Assembly (NCBI GenBank): GCA_963833725.1
Contig: CAWHYV010000014.1
Coordinates: 16,753-80,752 of the forward strand
Direction of reading: 5' to 3'
DNA length: 64,000 bases
Origin: an uncultured Gaiellaceae bacterium
GTDB lineage: Bacteria > Actinomycetota > Thermoleophilia > Gaiellales > Gaiellaceae
Within the stretch, counting starts at the first letter, position 1. Every line of letters starts with the position of its first letter. The position numbers were made by a program, and so were the translations under genes. Positions 9,344 through 19,190 of this stretch are shown here, in pieces. A model generated the notes under the pieces. It had not been told where the DNA came from. It was given only the letters and a program-made list of their open reading frames with translations, and did not search any database.

Positions 9344-10138
9344 ATGGCATTCGCAGAGCTGAAGGCCCGGCACAGCGTCGCTTGGGGCAACGGGCCGTAC
9401 GAGCGGGTCACGAACACGATTCGCGACATCCACGCCCTCGTCCTCGAGCGGACCGACCCGAAGCCCGGAGAGCGCGTCCTCGACGCCGCCACGGGGACGG
9501 GCGCAGTCGCGATCCTCGTCGCGCAGCGCGGCGCCGATGTGGTCGGTCAGGACATCGCGCCGGTCCTCATCGACACTGCGCGTCAGCGCGCGGCGGAGGA
9601 AGGCGTCGAGGTCGACTTCGAGGTCGGCGACGCGGAGGCCATGACATTCGACGACGCGAGCTTCGACGTCGTGCTCTCGACATGCGGGGTCATGTTTGCC
9701 CCCGACCACGAGGCGATTGCGGGCGAGCTCGCCCGCGTCACGAGGCCCGGAGGACGGCTGGCGCTTGCCTGCTGGCAGCCCAACACGGGGATGCACGACG
9801 TTTTCAAGATGATGGGGCCGTACCTACCGCCTCCTGCGCCGGGCGCCGGGAGCCCGTTCGCATGGGGCGACCGAGATCACGTCGGCGAGCTGCTCGGCGA
9901 CACGTTCGAGCTGACATTCGAGGAGCACGACTCGCCACTGAGACTCGCGTCCGGCGAGGACTACTGGGAGCTCTTCTCCACGTCCTACGGACCGACGAAG
10001 ACTGCCATCGAAGCCCTCGATCCGGACCGTCGCGAGGAGTTCCACCGTGCGTGGGTCGAGTTCGGGGACGCCCGTCGCGAGGGTGACGCGATGGTCCACC
10101 ACCGCGAGTACCTGCTCACGCTGGGCACACGTCGCTGA
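9344..10138 (+). CDS. Class I SAM-dependent methyltransferase
   Basis: ATG at 9344 is preceded by AAGGAGGA. The sequence is MAFAELKARHSVAWGNGPYE...VLDAATGTGAVAI...DVVLSTCGVMF...RPGGRLAL. Confidence 0.8.
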   Translation: MAFAELKARHSVAWGNGPYERVTNTIRDIHALVLERTDPKPGERVLDAATGTGAVAILVAQRGADVVGQDIAPVLIDTARQRAAEEGVEVDFEVGDAEAMTFDDASFDVVLSTCGVMFAPDHEAIAGELARVTRPGGRLALACWQPNTGMHDVFKMMGPYLPPPAPGAGSPFAWGDRDHVGELLGDTFELTFEEHDSPLRLASGEDYWELFSTSYGPTKTAIEALDPDRREEFHRAWVEFGDARREGDAMVHHREYLLTLGTRR

Positions 10139-10173
10139 GCCACCCGGCCCGCGAGGGCAGTAACGTCTCGCGG

Positions 10174-11526
10174 ATGCCGGACACGGTCACGATGGACAAG
10201 ATCGTCTCGCTCGCGAAGCGGCGCGGGTTCGTCTTCCCGTCGTCCGAGATCTACGGAGGACTCGGCTCGGCGTACGACTACGGGCACTACGGCGTGCTCC
10301 TCAAGGAGAACGTCAAGGCGCGCTGGTTCGAGGCGATGGTGCGCGAGCGGGACGACATCGTCGCGCTCGACTCGTCGATCATCCTTCACCCTGCGGTCTG
10401 GGAGGCATCGGGACACGTGTCCGGCTTCGCCGATCCGCTCGTCGACTGCCGCTTCTGCAAGCGCCGCTTTCGCGCCGACCACCTCGACGACGCGCAGTGC
10501 GGCCAGCGTCCGAGCAAGCGTCCCGGCGAGACCGAGCAGTGCGACCTCACCGAGCCGCGCCAGTTCAACCTCATGTTCACCACGAGGATAGGACCGGTCG
10601 AGGAGACGGGCCAGGATGCGTTTCTGCGCCCGGAGACGGCGCAGGGCATCTTCATCAACTTCAAGAACGTCGCACAGATCGCACGTCGCAAGCCGCCGTT
10701 CGGCATCGCGCAGATCGGCAAGGCGTTCCGGAACGAGATCACGCCGGGCAACTTCATCTTTCGCACGCTCGAGTTCGAGCAGATGGAGATGGAGTACTTC
10801 ATCCCGCCGGCTCAAGCGCAGGAGTGGTTCGCCTACTGGGTCGAGGAGCGTGTCGCGTGGCACCTGCGCTACGGCCTTCGGCAGAGCCACCTACGCGTGC
10901 GCCCGCACGATGCAGAGGAGCTTTCCCACTACTCCTCGGCCACGAGCGACATCGAGTACCTCCACCCCATCGGCTGGACCGAGCTCGAGGGGATCGCGCA
11001 TCGTGGCGACTTCGACCTCACCGCGCACACGCAGGCATCGGGAACCAAGCTCGAGTGGGTGGACGGCCAGGAGCGCTACACCCCGCACGTCGTCGAGCCG
11101 GCGCTCGGCGTGAATCGGTCGATGCTCGCGTTCCTGGTCGACGCGTACGACGAGGAGGTCGTCGCCGAGCGCGAGCGAACGGTGCTCCGCCTCCATCCCG
11201 CGCTGGCCCCGGTGAAGGTCGCGGTGCTCCCGCTGATCTCCAAGAACGACGACATGGTCGGGAAGGCACGCGCGCTGTACGAGGAGCTGCGCCGATCCGT
11301 CGTCGCCGAGTACGACGACTCGGGCCAGATCGGGCGGCGGTACCGCCGTCAGGACGAGATCGGCACGCCGTACGCGCTCACGATCGACGAGCAGACGCTC
11401 GAGGACGACACGGTCACGATCCGTGACCGCGACTCGCTCGCGCAGGAGCGGATCCCGATCTCGGGCGCCCGCGCCCTCGTGCTCGACAAGCTCGTAGCGG
11501 ACTGGAAGACGCCGAAGACGGACTAG
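10174..11526 (+). CDS. glyQS: Glycine--tRNA ligase (dimeric class II type)
   Basis: 450 aa. It reads IVSLAKRRGFVFPSSEIYGGLGSAYDYGHYG, FLRPETAQGIFINF, FGIAQIGKAFRNEITPGNFIFRTLEFEQMEMEYF. Confidence 0.95.
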   Translation: MPDTVTMDKIVSLAKRRGFVFPSSEIYGGLGSAYDYGHYGVLLKENVKARWFEAMVRERDDIVALDSSIILHPAVWEASGHVSGFADPLVDCRFCKRRFRADHLDDAQCGQRPSKRPGETEQCDLTEPRQFNLMFTTRIGPVEETGQDAFLRPETAQGIFINFKNVAQIARRKPPFGIAQIGKAFRNEITPGNFIFRTLEFEQMEMEYFIPPAQAQEWFAYWVEERVAWHLRYGLRQSHLRVRPHDAEELSHYSSATSDIEYLHPIGWTELEGIAHRGDFDLTAHTQASGTKLEWVDGQERYTPHVVEPALGVNRSMLAFLVDAYDEEVVAERERTVLRLHPALAPVKVAVLPLISKNDDMVGKARALYEELRRSVVAEYDDSGQIGRRYRRQDEIGTPYALTIDEQTLEDDTVTIRDRDSLAQERIPISGARALVLDKLVADWKTPKTD

Positions 11527-11556
11527 TCGTGGGAACGACCGGACAGACGACACCGC

Positions 11557-12283
11557 ATGGGTGACGCCATCTTCGAGGACCCACGGCTGGCCGCGATGTA
11601 CGACGAGCTCGACCCTGATCGCAGCGATCTCGACGTCTACAGCGCGATCGCTCGATGAGCTCGACGCGCGGAGCGTGCTGGACGTCGGGTGTGGGACGGG
11701 CACGTTCGCGCTCTTGCTTGCGGACGCCGGCCTGGACGTGACCGGCGTCGATCCGTCGAAGGCGTCACTCGACGTCGCGCGTCGCAAGCCTGGAGCAGAG
11801 CGCGTGCGCTGGATTCACGGTGACGCGACGGCGCTGCCCCCGCTGACGGTCGATCTCGCAACGATGACTGCCAACGTGGCTCAGGCGATAGTCGACGAGT
11901 CGGTCTGGGACGGAACGCTGCGCGGTGTCCACGACGCGTTGCGCCCGGGTGGACATCTCGTCTTCGAGACCCGCGACCCAGCGTACGAGGCGTGGCAGGG
12001 GTGGACCCGCGACGCTTCCTACGACGTCACCGAGATCGACGGCGTCGGCCCGGTCGAGAACTGGGCCGACCTGACCCTCGTGGAGCTACCGCTGGTGACC
12101 TTTCGGTGGACTTTCGTCTTCCCCGACGGCGAGGTGCTGATTTCCGACTCGACGTTGCGATTTCGCGAGCGCGACGAGATCCAGGCCGCGCTGGAAGCGC
12201 ACGGCTACGTCGTGGACGACATTCGCGGTGCGCCCGACCGGCCCGGTCGCGAGTTCGTCTTCTTCGCACGACGTCAGGAGTGA
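11557..12283 (+). CDS. Class I SAM-dependent methyltransferase (frame disrupted at about 11653)
   Basis: ATG 11557 gives MGDAIFEDPRLAAMYDELDPDRSDLDVYSAIA and then a stop. ORF 11561..12283 carries DELDARSVLDVGCGTGTFALLL and the rest. Removing one C at about 11653 joins them as ...SAIADELDARSVLDVGCGTG. Confidence 0.7.
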
Positions 12284-12310
12284 TCGAACGGGCGGCAACC
12301 CCGCCCCCGC

Positions 12311-12727
12311 TCAGCGCTGTCGCTCGAGCACGCGATCGCTCGGCTCGGTGAAGCCGAACTTCCGATAGAGGTCGTGCGCATCCAGGGTGTGGAGGATCCA
12401 CGTCGTCGACGCGAGCGGCCCCTCGTCGACCGAGAAGCGGACGAGCTCGACACCGAGGCCGCGTCCTCGGTGCTCGTCGAGGACGTAGACATCGGCGAGG
12501 TACGAGTGCGCGTACACGTCCGAGAGCGTCCGCGAGAAGCCGATCTGCACTCCCAGGTGATAGAGGCCCACGACCCGGGCCGACCCGTCGATCAGTGCGT
12601 CCTGCACCTCGCGCGAGCGTCCTTTCGCCCAGTACGACTCGCCGCCGAGGTACGCGTGCACGGCATCGCGGTCGATGCGCGCGGGATCGTCGTCGAGCTC
12701 GTAGCCGTCGCCGAGGTCGCGCTTCAT
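12311..12727 (-). CDS. GNAT family N-acetyltransferase
   Basis: This is the in-frame ATG at 12727 within ORF 12311..13018. It reads MKRDLGDGYELDDDPARID...YVLDEHRGRGLGVELVRF (acetyl-CoA loop)...DLYRKFGF. Its ATG overlaps the recO stop (ATGA). Confidence 0.75.
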   Translation of the reverse strand: MKRDLGDGYELDDDPARIDRDAVHAYLGGESYWAKGRSREVQDALIDGSARVVGLYHLGVQIGFSRTLSDVYAHSYLADVYVLDEHRGRGLGVELVRFSVDEGPLASTTWILHTLDAHDLYRKFGFTEPSDRVLERQR

Positions 12728-13503
12728 ACGGCGAGCGTGCGCAGGCGGAATCCGCCATGGAACTCGTACGACGCGACCACGACCGCGAGCGTGTCGCGCA
12801 GCGCGCGTTCCCCCAACTCGAGACCGCGTGCATCTGCGAGGGAGCTCCAGATGAGCGCCTGCATCCCGCGGAAGCCCTCGGGCGCGAGGAACACCGTCTC
12901 GTCCGGGGCGCACGGCGAGCACACCGCCCCACCGGCGCGTGGGAGGTAGCCGATGAGCACGTCCGTCGAGCCGCACTCGACGCAGCTCTCGAGATGCGGG
13001 ACGTACCCGGACAGCCACAGGAGCTTGAGCTGGAACGCAAGCGCGACCGGATCGAGCGCGGCGCGTCCACGCCCGCCTGCCGGAATCGCATCCACTGCCG
13101 AGAGGAAGCGCGTCAGCGCCTCGAACGCACGCTCGTTGCGCTCCTCCTCGACGAAGAGCCGCAACATCGCCTCGGCGCCGACGAGCCCGACGGAGAGGCG
13201 ATACGGATCCTCGCGTGCCGGCCGATGTGCGTCGACGAGCGACACGCCGGTGACCGTGTGCAGCTCGCCCGAGCCCTGGTGCAGGAGCAGTTCGACGTGC
13301 GAGAACGGCTCGAGCCGTGCGCCGAAGCGCGACTTCGTCTTGCGCACGCCCTTCGCCATCGCGCCGATGCGGCCGCGATCCTCCGTGTACACGTGGAGGA
13401 CACGATCGGCCTCCCCGAACCGGAACGAGCGCAGGACGACACCCTCGGTCTTGTAGGTCCGTCCCACCCCGAGAAGTCTAGGCTCGACGCCTGTCAGCGC
13501 CAT
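12724..13503 (-). CDS. recO: DNA repair protein RecO
   Basis: 259 aa. It reads TEGVVLRSFRFGEADRVLHVYTEDRGRIGAMAKGVRKTKSRF and has the Cys cluster CVECG...CSPC. Confidence 0.9.
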   Translation of the reverse strand: MALTGVEPRLLGVGRTYKTEGVVLRSFRFGEADRVLHVYTEDRGRIGAMAKGVRKTKSRFGARLEPFSHVELLLHQGSGELHTVTGVSLVDAHRPAREDPYRLSVGLVGAEAMLRLFVEEERNERAFEALTRFLSAVDAIPAGGRGRAALDPVALAFQLKLLWLSGYVPHLESCVECGSTDVLIGYLPRAGGAVCSPCAPDETVFLAPEGFRGMQALIWSSLADARGLELGERALRDTLAVVVASYEFHGGFRLRTLAV

Positions 13504-13536
13504 GGCGCGAGCTATGTGTAAGGGTTGCCTTACATC

Positions 13537-14667
13537 ATGGCGAAGGTTCGGCTAGTCTTGCGCGCCATGAGCGCACGCCACCACGCCGTTCGCGGTCGCA
13601 TCTCCGCGATCGCCGGCCTCGTCGGAGCACTCGCGCTGGTCGTCGGCGTCGGGACGACACCCGCGGCTCCAAATGCGTCGCCTCCGGGCGTGAACCTCGA
13701 CCCGACGAAGGGCTTCCTCCTCGACCACACGGTGAAGTTGCACGGCTTCACGAAGCGCTTCCAGACCCAGGCGAACCGCTACTACGCGCTCGCGAGCGCG
13801 ACGGACTTCGACTACGCGCGGCTCTGGCAGGAGAAGCGCTCGAACGTCAAGCCGATCCTCGCGCGGTCGAAGGCGCTCTGGATCGAAGGCAATCCCTACT
13901 ACGAGCGCGTCGAGGGCGTCGTGGCGGGAACGCCGTCGCTCGCGGTCTACGACGTGATCCTCGATGCCGGCTCGAGCGCAACGGAGGATCCAGCGAGCGC
14001 CGTGCCGTTCGACCTCCGACTCGCCGACGGTCGCGTGCTGCGCAAGCCCGGCAACCTCTTCAACCTCACCGAGGGAATGCTCTGGGGCACGCGCCCCGAG
14101 TTCGTCGCGAAGGGTGTCAAGGCGGATCTCGACGGCGACGGGAAGGTCGAGTTCGGCGAGGTACTACCGGACGCAGCGGTCTTCAAAGCCGCAGCATCCG
14201 CGTTCGCCCTCTACGCGGGGAAGCTCGACCGCTCCGCGCGGGCCTGGCCGCCGACCGCGTCCGACGCATTCACCGCGGTCGTCGTGATGGTGCCGACGAT
14301 GAGCGAGTACTTCGGTCAGTGGAAGTCCTCTCGCTTCGTCCTCGGCTCGCGCGCGGACGGAGACGCGTTCAACGTCGTCTCCCGGCTGTCCGACATCGGC
14401 GACATCCTCGGAGGGCTCCGCGTGATCTACGCGGGCATCCAGCCGGCGATCGCCAAGGTCGATCGCCAGCAGGCCGCTCAGACCAAGCGCGAGCTCGACA
14501 GCCTCTGGGCGTTCGTGTCGCAGCTCAAGAAGCAGGAGACCGCTGGGCGTCGATTCACGCCACAGCAGGCCGACACGCTCGGTCGAACGGCTCAGGGGAG
14601 AGCCACGGCGATCGCGGGTCAGGTGACGCAGGCGGCGGCACGACTCAAGGTCAAGATCGCGCAGTGA
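13537..14667 (+). CDS. Secreted imelysin/EfeO-like protein (putative periplasmic partner of the downstream FTR1 permease)
   Basis: ORF 13525..14667, with ATG at 13537. It has a signal-like N-terminus (RGRISAIAGLVGALALVVGVG). Its stop overlaps the start of the FTR1 gene (GTGA at 14664-14667). The family call rests mainly on context, because I could not see a clear HxxE motif. Confidence 0.45.
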   Translation: MAKVRLVLRAMSARHHAVRGRISAIAGLVGALALVVGVGTTPAAPNASPPGVNLDPTKGFLLDHTVKLHGFTKRFQTQANRYYALASATDFDYARLWQEKRSNVKPILARSKALWIEGNPYYERVEGVVAGTPSLAVYDVILDAGSSATEDPASAVPFDLRLADGRVLRKPGNLFNLTEGMLWGTRPEFVAKGVKADLDGDGKVEFGEVLPDAAVFKAAASAFALYAGKLDRSARAWPPTASDAFTAVVVMVPTMSEYFGQWKSSRFVLGSRADGDAFNVVSRLSDIGDILGGLRVIYAGIQPAIAKVDRQQAAQTKRELDSLWAFVSQLKKQETAGRRFTPQQADTLGRTAQGRATAIAGQVTQAAARLKVKIAQ

Positions 14668-17069
14668 TCGCGCGGGCGACGGCGGTAGTCATGGCGGCGA
14701 GCTTCGTGCTCGCCGCTTCGGCGTCCGCCGCCGGTCCAGCGCCGTGGAGAGCCGCCGGCGACGTCCAGCTCGCACTCTCCGACGCACAGGCCTCGCTCGT
14801 CCTCGGTGACGTCGCAGATGCGCGCGAGCAGCTCGACGCCGCCCGCGCGAACGTGGAACTGGTGCTCGCCGGCCGCCCCGGGGCACTCCGCTCGGCCCGC
14901 GCAGCACTGGCATCGGTCGAGATCGGTGACGAGCGGTCTCTCGCGGCCGCACGCAGCGTCGTCTGGACGGCGATTCTCGCGACCGCGGTCTCGGAGGCCA
15001 CACGCGCGACCGCGCGCGGGGACACGGCGGCCGCGCGGAGCTGGCTGCTCGTCCGCGAGTTCCGACCTCCGACGCGTTTCTCGCGCGCCGCCGCGGACGC
15101 GACGGTCGCGCTCGACGATCTCGCCGCCGGCTCGGTCACGCGCCGCGCAGCGACGGCGGCTGTACGCCGAGATCTTCTCGACACGTACGACGCGCGGTTG
15201 CGAACGGCACTCGCGGAGCTCCGCGAGGCCGACGAGCTCGGGTACGGCACGACACGCGCCGAGCTCGCCGCGCTCGCACTCGGCTACTGGCAGATCGTCG
15301 CACCGGTCTATCGGGCACAGAACGGAGCGCGCGCCACGACCCGGCTCACGACGGATTTCGAGCGCATCGCGTCGGCCTCGGCGACCGGACGAACACCGAC
15401 AGCCTCGATGAATCGCGTCGAGGCGGCGCTCGCCGGGTTCCGCGCGGCGCCCCTCTCCGAGGACGAGCTCGCCAGACGTGCCGGGCAGCTCGAGCGCTTC
15501 CTCCGGCTCGTTCCGATCGAGTACGGAAGAGGCGTGAAGGACGGACGGGTCACTCTCGCATTCGAGATTCAAGAGGCGGTCACGTTCCGTGACGGCGCGG
15601 CGGCGGCGTTCCACGACGTCGAGCAGGTGCTCATGAAGAGCGATGAAGCGGCGACGAGACGGCTCGGCGTTGCCCTCGACGACCTCGGAACAGCGCTGTC
15701 CGACGCGTCCCATGGCGCGTCGGTCGCACCCGCGGACGACGTGAAGGCGACGACCGACGACGCGCTCGCGCTCGTCGGGGCGCTGTATCCGGCCGCGTGG
15801 AAAGAGGCGGCGAAGACGGCGGACTTCGACGTCATCGCGGCGACGCTGGACCGCCTCCAGGCGGCGGCAGCCACGGGCGACTGGAAGCAGGCGGAGTCCG
15901 CGCGCCTCGAGGCGTACGGCGTCTTCGAGCTCGGCCCCGAGCAGAGGCTTCGCGGGCTCGCGCCCGCGCTCTTCCAGGAGGTCGAGGGGTACTTCTGGTA
16001 TGGCGAAGGCGAACACGACGGCCTCGTCCAGCTCGTCAAGCGGCGAGACGGCGGCGAGGGAATCGCGGCAACGCGAGGCGCTCTCGACGATGCACTCGAG
16101 CGTGCCGAGGAGCGCATCGGAAGCGGCCCGCAGTCGGAGGTCGCGATCGTCACGAACGCGTCGATCATCGTGTTCCGGGAGGGTCTCGAGGCAGTTCTCA
16201 TCCTTGCCGCGCTCATGGCGAGCCTCGTTGGCGCGCAACGCCACTTCCGCAAGCCGATCTTCGTCGGAGTCGGCCTCGCGCTCGTCGCCAGCGCGGTGAC
16301 GTGGGTCGTCGCACAGACCGTGCTCACGTCGCTCACGGCGTACGGCGAGAAGCTCGAGGCGATCGTGTCGCTCGTCGCGATCGGCGTGCTCCTGCTGATC
16401 CTCAACTGGTTCTACCACCGCGTGTACTGGCAGGAGAACCTCCAGGGGTTGCATCAGAAGAAGCGCCGCGTGCTCGCGGGCGCGGGTCTCTCACTCGCCG
16501 CGGCGCAGGTGGTGGGACTGGCGCTCCTCGGCTTCTCGAGCGTCTACCGCGAAGGATTCGAGACGGTGCTCTTCCTGCAGGCGATGACGCTCGAGGCGGG
16601 AGCGGTGACGGTGCTCGAGGGCGTCGCAGTCGGCCTCCTCGGGGTTCTGGCGGTCTTCGTGCTCGTCTTTTCGCTCGAGCGGAAGCTCCCGCACAAGAAG
16701 ATGCTCATCGCCACGGGCATCCTCATCACCTGGGTGCTCGTCGTGATGGTCGGGACGACCGTGCAGACGATGCAGAAGGTCGGCTGGGTCGGCGTGACCC
16801 CGATCGACGGCCTCGAGGTCCCGTACTGGGCGGGTCTCTGGCTCGGTGTGTTCCCCACGTGGCAGGGCGTTCTGGCCCAGATCGCCGCGGTGGTGTTCGT
16901 CGTGGGCAGTTACTTCGCCGCCGAGGCGCTCCGGAAGCGCCGCCGCGAAGCGCGCTTCAGCTCGACGGCAACGAGCGTGCTCGCGCCGGACGGGCTCGTC
17001 CCGGCGGATCCCACGGCCTCGCGGCGCACGGCCGCAGAGTCCGTCGCCGAGCCCGTCGGAACCCGCTGA
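14664..17069 (+). CDS. FTR1/EfeU-family iron permease with a roughly 480-aa N-terminal extracytoplasmic helical domain
   Basis: This is the in-frame GTG at 14664 within ORF 14319..17069 (VIARATAVVMAASFVLAASASAAG...). The C-terminal polytopic part carries two RExxE motifs (IVFREGLEAVLIL and VYREGFETVLFLQ). Confidence 0.75.
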   Translation: MIARATAVVMAASFVLAASASAAGPAPWRAAGDVQLALSDAQASLVLGDVADAREQLDAARANVELVLAGRPGALRSARAALASVEIGDERSLAAARSVVWTAILATAVSEATRATARGDTAAARSWLLVREFRPPTRFSRAAADATVALDDLAAGSVTRRAATAAVRRDLLDTYDARLRTALAELREADELGYGTTRAELAALALGYWQIVAPVYRAQNGARATTRLTTDFERIASASATGRTPTASMNRVEAALAGFRAAPLSEDELARRAGQLERFLRLVPIEYGRGVKDGRVTLAFEIQEAVTFRDGAAAAFHDVEQVLMKSDEAATRRLGVALDDLGTALSDASHGASVAPADDVKATTDDALALVGALYPAAWKEAAKTADFDVIAATLDRLQAAAATGDWKQAESARLEAYGVFELGPEQRLRGLAPALFQEVEGYFWYGEGEHDGLVQLVKRRDGGEGIAATRGALDDALERAEERIGSGPQSEVAIVTNASIIVFREGLEAVLILAALMASLVGAQRHFRKPIFVGVGLALVASAVTWVVAQTVLTSLTAYGEKLEAIVSLVAIGVLLLILNWFYHRVYWQENLQGLHQKKRRVLAGAGLSLAAAQVVGLALLGFSSVYREGFETVLFLQAMTLEAGAVTVLEGVAVGLLGVLAVFVLVFSLERKLPHKKMLIATGILITWVLVVMVGTTVQTMQKVGWVGVTPIDGLEVPYWAGLWLGVFPTWQGVLAQIAAVVFVVGSYFAAEALRKRRREARFSSTATSVLAPDGLVPADPTASRRTAAESVAEPVGTR

Positions 17070-17073
17070 GCTG

Positions 17074-17886
17074 CTACTCGAGAGGCTGACACCGCGGGCA
17101 GAACCAGGTGCCGCGGCCGCCGACACGCGTCTTCGTGATCGTGGCCCGGCAGCGCGGGCACGGCTCGCCGTCGCGCCCGTAGACGCGAAACTCGTCCTGC
17201 ATCGACCCGGACGCGCCGTCGGGTGCCGCGTAGTCGCGCAGCGTCGAGCCCTGGCGCTCGATCCCCGCTCGCAGGGCGGCGCGAATCGCACGCACGAGTC
17301 TCCCGACCTCAACTGCCGTCAAGCCGTTCGCCCGCCGCAGCGGATTCAGGCGCGCGCGCCACAGCGCCTCGTCGGCGTAGATGTTCCCGAGGCCGGCGAC
17401 GACCCGCTGATCGAGCAGGACCGCCTTGAGCGGCGCCTTCCGGCGCCCGAGCTGCGTCCCGAGCCATCCTGACGTGAACCGCGGCCCGAGCGGCTCCGGG
17501 CCGTTCTTCGTCGAGAGGTACGGCTCGAGGTCGACCGCTTCGAGGACGAGCCATGTACCGAAGCGCCGGACGTCGCGATAGGCGAGTCGCGAGCCGTCGT
17601 CGAGCTCGAGCACGGCGCGCTCGTGTGTCACCTGCTGCCAGTGGAAACCCCCGGTCATGCGCAGATGGACGAGAAGGTCGAGACCGCTCTCGAGACGCAG
17701 GAGCAGGTACTTACCCCGCCGCTCGACCGCGGCCACCCGATCTCCCTCGAGCTCCTCGACGACCTCGAAGAGGTCGTACGGCCGTGTCAGGCGCGGGTCG
17801 TGGATCTCGACACGAACCAGCGTCCTCCCCTCGAGCCGCGGCGCGAGCTGCGCGCGGATCGTCTCGACCTCGGGAAGCTCGGGCAT
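17074..17886 (-). CDS. mutM: Formamidopyrimidine-DNA glycosylase
   Basis: This is the in-frame ATG at 17886. It reads MPELPEVETIRAQL (N-terminal Pro nucleophile), GLGNIYADEALW, and the C-terminal zinc finger CPRCRATITKTRVGGRGTWFCPRCQ. Confidence 0.9.
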   Translation of the reverse strand: MPELPEVETIRAQLAPRLEGRTLVRVEIHDPRLTRPYDLFEVVEELEGDRVAAVERRGKYLLLRLESGLDLLVHLRMTGGFHWQQVTHERAVLELDDGSRLAYRDVRRFGTWLVLEAVDLEPYLSTKNGPEPLGPRFTSGWLGTQLGRRKAPLKAVLLDQRVVAGLGNIYADEALWRARLNPLRRANGLTAVEVGRLVRAIRAALRAGIERQGSTLRDYAAPDGASGSMQDEFRVYGRDGEPCPRCRATITKTRVGGRGTWFCPRCQPLE

Positions 17887-17891
17887 GACCG

Positions 17892-19190
17892 CTATTCGAC
17901 GACGTCGAGGAGGATGCCGCGCGCCGGCGGCGCGTCGTCTCCGATCTCGTAGGCGGCCAAGACCGCCTCGACGGCGATGTCTGCCGAGCCCTCGTCGCGA
18001 GCGTGCACGGCAGCGAGCATCTGGCCGGGCTCGACCGTGTCGCCTCGCTTGGCATGACAGACGATGCCCACCGCGTGATCGATGTCGTCGTCCTTCGTGC
18101 GCCGTCCTCCGCCGAGCTCGAGGCTTGCGACGCCCACCGGAAGCGCCGCGAGGCGCGTCACGACCCCCGCTCGCGGGGCAACGATGTCGCGAACGATCGG
18201 CGCGCGCGGAAGCGCAGCGAGGTCGGGATCGCCTCCTTGAGCACGGATCCACCGCTCGTACACGTCGCGAGCAGAGCCGTCGGCAACGGCCCGCTCGGCG
18301 CGCGATCGACCTTCCTCCTCGTCGATCCCGAGATCCGAGAGCGCCAGGAGCCGCGCGCATGCATCGAGGACGAGCTCCGTGAAGTCGGGCGGCCCGTTGC
18401 CGACGATCGTCTCGGCCGCCTCTCGCACCTCGAGCGCGTTCCCCACCGCCGCTCCCAGCGGCTGATCCATGTCGGTGAGGAGACAGACGACCGTGCGCCC
18501 CGCTCGGCGGCCGAGGTCGACCATCTGCTCGGCGAGAATGCGGGCGTCGTCGAGCGTCTTCATGAAGGCGCCGTCACCCACCTTGACGTCGAGCACGATC
18601 GCCTCGGCCCCGGCGGCGAGCTTCTTGGACATGATCGACGAGGCGATGAGCGGGACGATGTCCACCGTCGCCGTGACGTCGCGGAGTGCGTAGAGCTTCT
18701 TGTCCGCAGGCACGAGGTCGCCCGTCTGACCGATGATCGCGACCCCGATCGTCCGTACTTGCTCGACGAACTCCTCGATCGTCAGCTCGACGCGGAAGCC
18801 CGGGATCGACTCGAGCTTGTCCAGCGTGCCGCCCGTGTGACCGAGTCCACGGCCCGACATCTTCCCGAGCGGCACGCCGCACGCTGCGACGATGGGGCCG
18901 ACGGCGAGCGAGGTCTTGTCGCCCACACCTCCCGTCGAGTGCTTGTCGACGACACGCCTGCCGAGCGCCGCCGCGAGGTCGAGCGTCTCGCCCGAGCGGA
19001 TCATCGCGTCGGTCAGCGCGTACGTCTCACGGCCGTTCATGCCTCTGAAGTAGACCGCCATGCACCACGCGGCCATCTGATAGTCGGGCACGTCTCCGCG
19101 CGTGTAGCCGAGGACGAGCTCCGTGATGTCCTCGTCCGAGAGCTCCTCGCCGTTGCGCTTGCGCTCGATCAGCTCCGCAGCGCGGATCAC
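17892..19190 (-). CDS. deoA: Thymidine/pyrimidine-nucleoside phosphorylase
   Basis: 432 aa. It reads IRAAELIERKRNGEELS, MAAWCMAVYFRGM, VDKHSTGGVGDKTSL and SGRGLGHTGGTLDKLESIPG. Confidence 0.9.
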   Translation of the reverse strand: MIRAAELIERKRNGEELSDEDITELVLGYTRGDVPDYQMAAWCMAVYFRGMNGRETYALTDAMIRSGETLDLAAALGRRVVDKHSTGGVGDKTSLAVGPIVAACGVPLGKMSGRGLGHTGGTLDKLESIPGFRVELTIEEFVEQVRTIGVAIIGQTGDLVPADKKLYALRDVTATVDIVPLIASSIMSKKLAAGAEAIVLDVKVGDGAFMKTLDDARILAEQMVDLGRRAGRTVVCLLTDMDQPLGAAVGNALEVREAAETIVGNGPPDFTELVLDACARLLALSDLGIDEEEGRSRAERAVADGSARDVYERWIRAQGGDPDLAALPRAPIVRDIVAPRAGVVTRLAALPVGVASLELGGGRRTKDDDIDHAVGIVCHAKRGDTVEPGQMLAAVHARDEGSADIAVEAVLAAYEIGDDAPPARGILLDVVE

